From Tubulanus polymorphus (Eukaryota; Animalia; Nemertea): a stretch of DNA of 64,000 nt. Positions 23,719 to 34,576 of the stretch are shown one piece after another. Location: assembly GCF_964204645.1 (NCBI RefSeq), contig NC_134026.1:28616150-28680149 (forward strand), in the 5' to 3' direction. Numbering within the stretch: position 1 is the first letter of the stretch; the number at the start of each line of letters is the position of its first letter. Below the pieces are notes generated by a model. That model saw only the letters and a program-made list of their open reading frames with translations. It did no database searches and was not told where the DNA came from. The position numbers and the translations under genes were made by a program.

Positions 23719-26708
23719 TTAATCTCGAGCGGCTCGGCTGACTTTATCATAAATATCCGGGAATGCTTTCTTAGCATTCAGATTCTCACGCTGTTTATCA
23801 TACAGAGAATGATCAAACATCTGACGAAATTCTTCTCTCGTCATATAAGAATCTGCATACAACATCTGAAAACTAATCACAAACAAAACGATAATATTCT
23901 GATATAAGTCATAAGAAGGAAAATTCGATACAAATCTATGGTCACACTTAGATATCCAAGACGATTGCTTCTTACCCATTAACGTCGCGAACAAATTTCT
24001 CAATTCTCCTCGTAGTTTCAACGGCGTTGTAGTTCTTCTTTTTCGGTACAGTCCCGTAGGCACCAATATCTACGTACAATTCTGGTTGATCGCCTTTAGG
24101 ATGAACCATTCCGGGGTTTGCTGGTAGAGTGAATGGACATAGCCATAGTGGATACAGCTAAAAAACAAAAGATCAACGCAGTCTTCAGGGTTCTTACAGA
24201 TCAGGGAATCCACAATCCTGATATTTCCCCTGATTGTTGACCAAACATTCCCTGATCAGAATATAGATATTTTCGGTTGTGGGGTTGTTTCTTCTTAAGA
24301 GGTCCCTTGCGCCAGTTGTCACCGACGAGAAAATCAAGACATCAAACATTCAAATTCCCTGAGATTCCTTTGATTTCCGAGAAAGGATCAGAATACCCTG
24401 ACCTCAAGAACCACGCGTTTTACAAATGCCTAACTACATGTACATAAGACAGAAAGATGTTTGTATAAGAATTTACCTCCACTTCTTGATGGAAACATTT
24501 CAGAGCAGAAGCCAACTCATTCATCGGCACAAGCATATCTTGTATCATTTGATTTTCTTCATACATGCGTTTGACCGTTTCTCCTTGAGTCAGTTTGAGT
24601 AGAGAGATTTTTGGTGGCACCATCCAACCGCACAGATGACGGAATATCGGATTATTACCAAATGGAATGATATCCTAAAATCAACAATATTCACATAACA
24701 CACATAATAGTTATCATCAAAAATACATAAGTAGCCTGCTTTATTTATATTTGATATCATCTGTGTAGAAATCATGACAGTAATATGATCAAATGATTTA
24801 GACTTTCAAACAAGTTTTGTTGAGCTCTTCAAATCTGAATAGAGTTGAACCCATGTACATAACAATTGGATGAATTATCTTTATCTTTGATTCCCAATTT
24901 GTATTTGCGAGTCAATTTACTAATGTAAGTCATAGACATAATGATTGTCCCAACTATGAACACCTAAGCGAATTTGACTGTACAGTCATCAATTCAATTT
25001 CTAAATATACCTGCAATTCCCAGAAAATACTACGAGTATGTCGGTGATAATAATGTCTGAGTGGAATATATTCTACAGATGGGCCTGCTTTCAGAAAACG
25101 TTCTACATGCTTGAAAAACCAAGGCTTTGAATATTCTCCGATAGGATTTATCTGAAAAAGTGCAACATAGCTAAATTAGATATATTTGTATATCCCTTAT
25201 CAATTCATGTTGACCAACTTCAACACATGCTTGTTCATGCCCCTATATATGAAGACATGACTGATTCATAATCAAAATTTGATATACCGGCAAGAAAGAG
25301 GTCATGCTACTTAATATTGAACTCACATTTCATAATCATTGATTTCATTCATACCTTATTCACTTCGGCAGTATCAACCATATTTGCAGTCATTATAACA
25401 GCGTTATTCTCAGAAAACATCAATCCTTCGACAAAATCATTATTTTCATTCTTAGCCGTTTCACTAGTGAATAAACTGACTGCATCTTCTAATGAGTACG
25501 CCGGCTTATATTCTACTTTCACGAATCTTTTGGCGGGAATGATCTTGATTTCTGCGGAAACTAAAAACCCAAGAGTTCCGTACGACCACGGAACAGCATA
25601 GAAAAGATCGGGATTTTCATCCTGTAAATAAGAAATATGATGAAATTAAATTCAAAATCATAGCTCGGACAACCATACCGGTATTTCAAATTAGGAGGGA
25701 GAAATTCACAAGACTGAAGACAAACGTCAAACCCACCATGAAAAACTAAAACATCGAAAATGATTGAAAACTCCATTTCATCAAAGAATGATCGATTGTG
25801 GTTTTTAGTAGAAAACTGAAAATTTAGAGTTTTCAATTAAGTTTTAACTTTTCTGGTTTTTTCATTGCTGGTTTGACACTGTCAATATCGGTAATGTTAA
25901 TTACTTTACTGCATGTAACTACACTTCCATCAGCCATCACTAATTCATACGATACGCAGCAATGTTGAAATAATCCGTACTTGTGCGACGAGGTCTCAAT
26001 TCCCACACCCATTATTAGACCACCTGAAGAGAAAATGTAATTATATTCACAATGGTTATTAATACAAATAATATATCATTATTATAAATAGACTATGCAT
26101 AGATATACTAACCAACAGTGAGATCATCTAATTCCGGTAGAACTGGTAATGTCCATCCTAGGGGGTTTAATGTAGCAGTAATTTGACCCATGGTCGCCAG
26201 AGGTTCCACTTTGACGACTTGTCTCTCTGCATCGACATTAAGAATATCAATCAGATTGACTTCAATATTTCTCATGTGTTTCTTGTATTTTCCAACTCTG
26301 AAGCTGACCGTCATCCAACCAGGTCTCGCTGTACACATCTGATTCGGGCAACCATCGTCCACCCACTGTCTGACCTGGAATTTTCAAATTTTCGTAAAGC
26401 AACTCTCGAGCTTTGCTAACCGAATTGCTAAGTCTTACAGTCATGGCTGTGGCAAAGTGAAATTCTTATCATTACAATTACAATCTCTAAGATTAAAAAA
26501 CGATAAATCTCACCTGTTTTTGCACATTCTTGACTTTTTTGTCGTGTTGTTTTGGAGCGCTGTTGAATTTGAAAATCAAGTAATTTCTACAGTAGAAGAA
26601 TACATCATAAACGACTGAAATGGGCAGCAGAAATATACAAACAAAAACCCATCTGTAATTCACGAGAATATATTCAAATATTCTCTCCGATAGCGTTCTG
26701 GAAGCCAT
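23719..26708 (-). CDS. DHCR24: Delta(24)-sterol reductase (seladin-1), ~505 aa, 8 exons
   Basis: Exons 26708-26514, 26374-26113, 26023-25905, 25621-25355, 25151-25011, 24674-24477, 24157-23976 and 23872-23719 are in frame (1518 nt). Motifs: [105 protein letters not shown]. Confidence 0.97.
24186..24415 (+). mobile_element. Degenerate hAT-like MITE (family A, copy 2), in a DHCR24 intron
   Basis: Left end CAGGGTTCTTA and imperfect right end CAAGAACCACG, with internal similarity to 13309-13470. No clear TSD. Confidence 0.5.
25725..25881. mobile_element. Degenerate MITE-like element (family D), DHCR24 intron; related copy at ~46290-46456
   Basis: Imperfect inverted ends (GTCAAACCCACCATGAAAAA ... 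TTTTTCATTGCTGGTTTGACAC). Similar ends occur at 46290-46456 (AACCCACGATAAAA ... TTTTCATTACGGGTTTG). Confidence 0.35.
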
Positions 26709-27008
26709 CACCGAGCGAGATCAATGTTCAACTGATTAATTTGCATTAATTTGACAGCTCTCGCTCCTCGACCTTCATATGATGATAGCCTTAACCGCGG
26801 CCCTCAGCTCCTATCTAACCTTGACTCTTCACCTGACTTTCACTCCTTTGATCGAACCTCAGCTTATTGCCGGAAGTAGAGTTTTCCCGCCAAACTAAGC
26901 TTCTCACGCGGTTCGTTCATTTCCGGGTTCTGAAAAACCGTGTTTACACCGGATAAAATCTTAATTAATCAATAAATACGTCGTGCCCATCACTAAAACT
27001 TTGTAAAA
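26709..27008. promoter_or_regulatory. 300-bp bidirectional promoter DHCR24/UHRF1 with ETS and E2F sites
   Basis: Start codons are 300 bp apart. CCGGAAGT (ETS/GABP consensus) at 26870-26877; TTTCCCGCCAAA (E2F consensus) at 26883-26894. Confidence 0.7.
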
Positions 27009-30000
27009 ATGTGGATACAAGTTCGTAGCATGGATGGTAAGAAGTCCATCCGAGTTGATGGACTGTCAAAGCTTACAAAGATCGATGATCTGAGGCAGAA
27101 ATTGATCGAGCCATTCGATGCGCCACCAGAACGTCAACGTCTGTTTTACCGCGGAAAACAAGTAAATATGATTTATGATTATTGTTGCACAATCGTAAAA
27201 TTTTTATATGTCGAATTTCTTATTTCATAAATGAGAAACCCTTGGTTGGTTGGAAGAAGTCCCATTCAATCTTGCGACTTGGTTGTTGCAGGGCAGGGGC
27301 GTTCGTTGGAAGCAATTTTTGATTGCCGCGGCCAAATGCTGATTTTGGACAGGTTCTTAATATTGCAGCGGCGAATTTACTTAATTTCTTCAAAAGCTTG
27401 TACAAAAAAAAAAAACGTCATTCAGTAAATTATTGCCGCGGCTTTCGCCGCCGCGGTCGCTGCACTTCCAACGCCACTGTGTTGGCGTTGCTTCAATTTT
27501 CAACCTACCTGTGAAAATAACACATTTTGACCTCCCAGAGTCCATGGCCAACCGGATGTAGGCTTAACTGCTTAATTTCTCTGTTATTTTCATTGTAGTT
27601 AGTTGATGGACATACATTGTATGATTATGATATGACACAGAATGGTATTATACAAATAATGGTTCGATCTGTACTTCAACCTATCACTACAACCGTTACT
27701 AGTACAGTTACTAAAGATGAAGATGTCGAAGATAAAGAGAATATTGCCCCTTCAGCGTCTTCATCTTCTGATTCTCAAAATAATGGTTTAGTTGATGATA
27801 CAGGAGCAACTTATAAGGTGTGTTTTCTTATCTTGTCCTAGTTTTCTACGATTTGACCTATATTTAGATTGTTACACCGAGTTATCCTTTTATTTGTAGA
27901 TTGGTGATTTAATTGACGCTAGGGATCCGACAATGGGAGCTTGGTTCGAAGGCAAGATCGTGAAACTAGAACCAATGACGGCGAAAACAGTCGATTCGCA
28001 ATCAAATGAACCAACATCACAATCTACTACTTCAGAGGACAACTCTGAATCTAGTAATGGAACCAAAACATCTTCGGACAATAGTGAAAATGATGCAATG
28101 AAGACTGATGAAAATCAAAACCAGAAAGACAGTAAGGTGAAAAGTGAAAGTGAAATGGATACAAGTGCGTTGAAAGAGAAACCAATTGACGATGGATTCA
28201 GATATAGTATAGTGTTTGAAGGGTGAGTAAATCTATCACCTAAATTCATTCTCGTTCATGATAATTCTCTTTAACTCTTTTCAAAGGACATTCGTCAAAA
28301 GATGATCCATGAGACAATCAGACTTAAGAATGAATTATGTTGCTGTTTCAGTTATGAAGAAGATGAAAATACTGAAGTCCTATTGAAGGATATTCGACCA
28401 CGCGCTCGTGAAACTATCAAATTTAAGAACGCTGAAGTTGGAGAAAAGGTCATGATCAATTACAATTATGACGAACCGGAAGAAAGAGGATATTGGTATG
28501 ACGCCATCATAACAAACAAGCGAGATACGAGAACTGTTAAGGAATTGTTCGGAACTATATTTTTAGGGTAAATTGGTTCATATTCCAAACGAAACTTATG
28601 AAAGATTACTTACTTCATAGAATCAAAATTGATGTTAACTTTGTAAATCAATTTTCCCTGATTTTATGAAACTTTCTTCGTACAGACCTGACCTCACTCC
28701 GCTTGAAAATTGTAAAATAGTTTTCATCGATGAAGTCATGAAAATAGAAGATTCGAGCGACCATGTCGTGAATATGAAGGATGTTGAATCCGGAGTACAA
28801 CAAACGCCGACAAAACGTTAGTTTAAAATCTTGGAGACCATTCTTTTTTATTCATATATTTCCTTTTCTAAGTGAATTCATTTTTCAATATTGCAGGTAA
28901 AAATAAACCAAACTGCGACGAGTGTCAAGATAATCCTCGTAGAAAATGTAAATTCTGTTCATGTTCGACGTGTGGTGGAAAAAGTGATCCAGAGAAACAG
29001 ATTCTGTGCGATGAATGTGATCAGGCATTCCATATATTCTGCCTTGATCCTCCATTAACCGATATACCTGAAGAAGATGAATGGTAAGTAGTTGTATCAA
29101 TAATGATTCGGATGATTTCATTTGAAACACTTCGTTTTACTTGTGGACGTGCAATTTTTTAGGTATTGTCCGTTGTGTAAGAATGATGAAAATGAAGTTG
29201 TCAAAGCTGGAGAAAAATTGAAAGCGAGTAAAAAGAAGGCTAAAATGGCTTCAGCGACGAGCAAAACCGGTCGAGATTGGGGGAAGGTAAGTTGTTGAAT
29301 AGTAGTTATGTACTGATGATCAATCATCATTATCGTTTTGTGTGTATCTTTTTTCTACAAAATATAATAGCGCTTATCGCGTTATGTGTTTTCAGGGAAT
29401 GGCGTGTGTTGGAAGAACAAAAATGTGTTCGATTGTTCCTCCAAATCATTTCGGTCCGATACCTGGAATCGAAGTAGGAACGCTTTGGAAATATAGAGTT
29501 CAGGTAATATTTCCACGCTCAAAATGATTTGTTAGTTTCCTGTTGCTGAGTTCATAGAATATACCATGTATGTGGTACAATGTAGGTTAGTGAAGCTGGT
29601 GTGCACCGTCCGCATGTGGCTGGTATCCACGGTCGGGAAGAAGATGGGGCGTATTCGATCGTATTGAGTGGTGGTTACGAAGACGATCACGATGACGGAG
29701 AGGAATTTACTTACACTGGCAGCGGAGGACGAGATCTCAGCGGTAATAAGCGAACTGCTGAACAATCTTGTGATCAATTGTTAACCAGAATGAATAAGTG
29801 AGTGTCTTTGAAAATCATCGGACAGTTCCATTTTACACATTGGTAATAGAATATATTTTTAAAGATGCTTCTTCGATTTGTTGTACGTAGGGCTTTGGCG
29901 AAAACTTGCAATGCCCCTCTCGACAATAAGAATGGATCTGAATCGAAGGATTGGAAAGGTGGAAAGCCTATACGCGTGGTACGCAATTGTAAAGGCAGAA

Positions 30001-31032
30001 AACATTCCAAATTTGCACCTGAAGACGGTAATCGCTATGACGGAATTTATAAGGTAGAGAAATTGCTAGATTATGAAATGAGATGTTTGGTAATTTGAAA
30101 GTAAGTCTAGATCGAAGAATAAAATAGAAATAATGGAATAATTGTAGGTTGTGAAATACTGGCCGGCTAAAGGTAAATCCGGGTTTATAGTTTGGCGTTA
30201 TTTATTGAGAAGAGATGATCCAATTCCTGCTCCGTGGACTAAAGCTGGTAAGAAAAAGATCGAACAATTGGGGCTTGAGATGCAGTATCCTGAAGGTTAT
30301 TTAGAGGCCCAGAAAGAGAAAGAAGAAAAAGAGAGTAAAGGAAAAGGAAAGAGGTCGAAAAAACAAAGTGATGGTAAGAACTGGTTATTTCTGCTCTATA
30401 TGGTTCGAGTATTAATATACAGGATTCATTGTGTGTGTAATGATGTATTTGATTGTTACAGGTGAAAACAGTGATACAGCCCCCGAGACACCACCTGCAA
30501 AGAAGGCTAAACTAGCTGCATTTAAGGTTCCTGAAGAAATTGAGAAATTGATTGAAGAAGATGTACAGAATAAGAAACTCTGGGATGATGCTATGGAACA
30601 TGTCAATGAAGGTGCTCAGGTAATGGTCATTCTCTACAATCATTACATTCAAAACCGTTCAATTCTTGCTATTGGGGTTTATTACTATTTCAGAAATTCC
30701 ATGCCTACGTGGAAGAGTTATTTGCGTGTATTTGTTGTCAAGATATTGTCTTCAAACCAATCACTACTAAGTGTAACCATAATATCTGTAAGGTTAGTAT
30801 AGCTGAAATAGTAAGAACAGTAGTCTTATTTAACTGATTCTGTTAGTCACAGTTTTAAAGTGGATTTTTCTCGTTTAATTTGTAGCAATGTATGGTGCGG
30901 TCATTCAAAGCTGAAGTTTTCAGTTGTCCATGCTGTCGTACGGAACTCGGTAAAGACTATAGTCTGGCGACGAACAAAACTCTTATACAAATTCTGAACA
31001 GTATGTATCCTGGTTATGAAAATGGAAGATAA
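27009..31032 (+). CDS. UHRF1: E3 ubiquitin-protein ligase UHRF1 (UBL-TTD-PHD-SRA-RING), 14 exons
   Basis: Exons 27009-27161, 27599-27817, 27900-28222, 28352-28567, 28686-28816, 28897-29083, 29163-29286, 29396-29503, 29586-29797, 29891-30053, 30148-30373, 30462-30619, 30694-30792, 30886-31032. Domains: [19 protein letters not shown] (UBL), GAWFEG and ERGYWYDA (TTD), [17 protein letters not shown] (PHD), [37 protein letters not shown] (SRA), CICCQD..CNHNIC..CPCCR (RING), C-terminal YPGYENGR*. Confidence 0.97.
27294..27479 (+). mobile_element. hAT-like MITE (family B) in UHRF1 intron 1
   Basis: Imperfect TIRs CAGGGGCGTT(CGTT)GGAAG / CTTCCAACGCCACTG. A homologous internal sequence lies at 38684-38815. 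Confidence 0.65.
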
Positions 31033-33244
31033 GTTGTGAATTTGGAGATAATGGTGCTTTAAAGTTAGCTATTAGAATATATTAATTTGATATTTTGTGT
31101 TTGTTGTGGAAATATTTGTAAAAAGAAAAAAGATAATGTACCTAGTACATGCGTTTGATCAAAGTCTAATTGAACTATTTTATGCTATTTCTTATTACTT
31201 TCTAAATAGAATGGGTCAGTCGCTCAAAAGTTGGTTTAAAAGTGCAGCATTCATGCCACGGTGACAATTTAATAACAACGGTTATTCACTGGTTGACTAC
31301 ATAAACTTTTCAGCTACTGGCCCCTGGAATTCTGTGTACTGTTAAGATGTACATGAATCGTTGCATACTAGCTAGCAGATTTTTTTTTGTAATTGTATAT
31401 AGATGTTCAAATTGATTTTATGTATAAATTGATTTTATGTAATATGATTATATATATAAATGGATTTCTGAAAGCTCCCACCAATTGCATTTATTCGTGA
31501 AATCTTGTATTTTGTATATAGTGTATCTATAAAGGTTTATACTCTTACTCACTGATTTTAATATACCAGTTACGCATTTAAAACTGTCTGTATTGCTATT
31601 GGATCTGTGTATCTGCATTTATGCCATACGAGTGTTGTATATAGTTTTAATTACTGTATATTCTTGAAAAAAAGCATTAATTTGTCATTGTTTTATTATT
31701 ACATGTATAAGCAACATGTGTACTGTATTTTTGTATGTAAGATGAGAGTTTGTTTGGTTCTTATGAAGAACCGTCTCGAGGTACCATAAAAATCCACATT
31801 GTAAGCCGATATGTAACTACATGTATTTATTACAATAGCCTCCAATAAATGATTTTAGTTATATATACATATATTCTTGAGTTTCATGTTGGTTCTTAAT
31901 CTTCGATTTTGTTAATCGGAAAAGGAAGATGGTTGTGGTGCTTGTGGAATTAGTCTATCTGATCATGATCCCTGGATTGTGAATCCGTTCTGTTGGTCCT
32001 CTTCACTACTAATGTTAACTGATTCTTCGAATTGCCCCCGACAACCGGCAGCACAATCGTCAAATTAACCGGCTTGTGAAATAAAAGCCTATTCTAAATG
32101 TGTAAAACGCATTAACATTCCCTTAATCTTTAAAGCCCAATGACTAGCCACTGTAACGATTAAAGCACTGCCAGTTGACTGTATATAATATATATTTATA
32201 TACCGTGGTTCTTGTGTCTATAGTGACGTACTCCACGGTAGATCGTTACTATCGTCATTTGTATTACTGCCCCATGAGACCAGTGACATACGACGTTGAA
32301 TGATACGGCTGTAGAGTTTGATAATCAGCACATCATACAGGTAGGTCTGCATGTTACAAACCGGGATTTGTTAATTTTAAAGAGAAAAATGCACGATTTC
32401 TTTTAAATTTTGATTACTTGATGAATGATCAAATATTCATTGGATCCTTGTTTTGCCTCGGTAATCAAATGTATCAAAGACGTGGGACCACAAAACACGT
32501 TATTCTAGAAAACTAAAGGAACCATATATTATTTTATTTCATAATTCAGTTTGAAAACAAGTTTATTTTCATGTTTTCTATTTTGCTCCTAAGCGTTTCA
32601 CTCTCGACTAACAAGCGCATTAAATGTGCTATCTGGTGCCAGCTATAACTCATAAGTGCAAATCACCATGGAGATATTCATATCAGCTATCAGCTGCTAC
32701 TCTTGGAATAACTCTACTTCTTAATCAGTTCCTTAAAATAAATTGCTTCGCAATTTACAGGATTAGACTATAAATTACATATAACGAACGCGTCCGCCTA
32801 TTAAACACAGTACCTCGTGTTATACACTTATTGCCTAACCTGTCAATTAAAAAAGTCTCGGGTCTTTAAATGTAAAAGACACCGAGAAAACACCTGTTTC
32901 AATATAAACGCGTATTATTTCTAGAAAATGAAAACTTGTTTTTTCTAAAATAAGGGTATGAAATAGGTATATTGTTAAATAATACTGGTCTGAACGCGTC
33001 AGTATTACTTTATGGAGGTTTTATTGTTCTATAAGACGCGTGAGGCCTCTTTAACCCTTTAGAAATATGGATAATAATTCTTTCATAGAATACAATTTAC
33101 TACAAAAATGCATGCCTGTGTTGTTTACATACATATACGTGAATCGTCTGTCAATACTTGGAGCGGAACACTTACGGATTTCACACCGATGAAACCACTG
33201 TAAATCTCACATTTCAGTTTGTTCTTGTTTCTTTAGATATCAAG

Positions 33245-34045
33245 ATGAGCGGAATGTACTATAAAGTAATACCAAAGGCTAAAGCCGTGAAGATGTATGG
33301 ATACCAAAAAGCTAGCCCAGAAAAGATCGAAATGATCAATCAAAGAATGCTGAAACCGACAAACGCGTCTATGTATGGCTTAGTCGAGTATAAAGGCGAT
33401 GGACAATTTCGGAAACGTCCGCATACAGCCTGCGTGTGTTCAAGGGCTCCGGACGATGCGGTAATGACGCCAAACAACAAAGTTTACGTCGATGAAAGAA
33501 CTCTAAATCGTATTATTCGCCGTCTAAGAACTCCGACGTTTTGTAGTCAAATTGGTAATGCAGATAAGGATACGGACGAAATGGAGACTGATTTGCAGAA
33601 ATTTGTTCGCACGAAACCAATTTCAGACGCTGAAGAGAAAAAGCGCTTGAAACGATTAATGCGACCGACGACTGCCACCAATCAAAAGAAAGTCGGTTGT
33701 TGTTACATTTGTGAAGATTCGAGAAATTCGGATATCATGAAAGAGTGTTTTTGCGACGATAAAGTCGTGCCGGAGGCCGAATTAGAGGAAATAGTTTGGC
33801 GAATGCAAAAAACAACGAACGCTTCAAAGGGCGGGAAAGATATGTGTCGAAAGGCTCCCGAAGCGACAAAAATTACGATAGCATACGATCGGCTACCATT
33901 AATGAGTGGTCTGCCAAGAACGAGAAAAGTTAATGACATCGTTAACAGACTCTATAAGCCAAAATCGAATGGGGATTACTATTACAGAACAGGACATGCT
34001 AAACAGCAGCACCGTTCACGATCAGCTCAAGCCAGAATGTGCTAG
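33245..34045 (+). CDS. Uncharacterised basic 266-aa protein with five RL/RMxxPT-like repeats (single coding exon after a 5'UTR intron)
   Basis: 801-nt stop-free ORF whose ATG lies just after a polypyrimidine/AG acceptor (TTTCTTTAG ATATCAAG ATG). Repeats: QRMLKPTNAS, RRLRTPTFCS, KRLMRPTTAT, WRMQKTTNAS, NRLYKPKS. Confidence 0.75.
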   Translation: MSGMYYKVIPKAKAVKMYGYQKASPEKIEMINQRMLKPTNASMYGLVEYKGDGQFRKRPHTACVCSRAPDDAVMTPNNKVYVDERTLNRIIRRLRTPTFCSQIGNADKDTDEMETDLQKFVRTKPISDAEEKKRLKRLMRPTTATNQKKVGCCYICEDSRNSDIMKECFCDDKVVPEAELEEIVWRMQKTTNASKGGKDMCRKAPEATKITIAYDRLPLMSGLPRTRKVNDIVNRLYKPKSNGDYYYRTGHAKQQHRSRSAQARMC

Positions 34046-34576
34046 TTGACGGTCGTTTCTTTCCGATGAACCATCGCCTTATATATGTTGAGATCGTGTT
34101 GGTATTGGTTGTTGATTTAACAAACAAAAGTGTTTTACTTGATTAAAGTGTTTAATATTTTGAAATCTAAAATGGTACACATGCGCAACATTATATATCG
34201 GTATACGTTATATATGAATAATGTAAAACATATTAACAAACATCGTAGCATACATTAAAATATTTGGAAGCTTTTATGTTTATGCTTTATTCACACGTTC
34301 TATATAATACAATAAAAAACGTGTCATAAACGTGGCTAGTGAAATGTTACATTAATTTTCCTTTCTTTGTACCTATTCATTTTCCCGTACCGGGTACGTA
34401 ACGATATCTATCATGCATAAGCCGTACGCACACCGACGGCCAAACAGTCATCGCACTCAGTTTTTTAATCGAACTGGGCCTGGTCCGATTCATACAGACG
34501 CCATGTTTGATGGCAGTATCGTCGATCTCCCCATTATCAAATCGTTTAGAAAAGTCTTCGTTACTGCTTGAACCGT

